A stretch of DNA of 64,000 nt from Phoronis australis (Eukaryota > Animalia > Phoronida), in the NCBI GenBank assembly GCA_002633005.1, contig NMRA01000208.1:214867-278866 (forward strand). Direction: 5' to 3'. Shown here piece by piece: positions 64,000 to 64,000 of the stretch. The position numbers were made by a program, and so were the translations under genes. The stretch's first letter is position 1. The number at the start of each line of letters is the position of its first letter. Below the pieces are notes generated by a model. That model had not been told where the DNA came from and did not search any database. It worked only from the letters and a program-made list of their open reading frames with translations.

Positions 64000-64000
64000 C

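Overview
This is eukaryotic, AT-rich draft-assembly DNA with N gaps, probably from a highly heterozygous marine invertebrate (a hemichordate-like deuterostome is my guess). The window lies inside a HERC2 orthologue (giant HECT E3 ligase) on the minus strand. I traced 42 phase-consistent GT-AG exons (61977 down to 10724, about 8.27 kb, about 2,750 codons) encoding MIB/HERC2, UBA-like, CPH, ZZ, DOC, RLD2 and the start of RLD3. The N-terminus, the rest of RLD3 and HECT were not found and presumably lie outside the window. The most unusual object is an intact, single-exon 801-aa ORF (22383-24788) nested in a HERC2 intron on the same strand. It looks like a RING/B-box-less filamin plus NHL protein whose beta-propeller is split by an insert of about 375 aa. 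It has adjacent CRE and E2F-like motifs, a candidate splice acceptor and a poly(A) signal. The introns also carry Helentron/HINE-like elements whose ~150-bp subunits each contain a co-oriented CTCF-like motif, a decayed piggyBac, several MITEs, a ~450-bp foldback, and minisatellites built from splice-donor junctions. Three near-identical duplications sit next to N gaps and are probably uncollapsed haplotypes.
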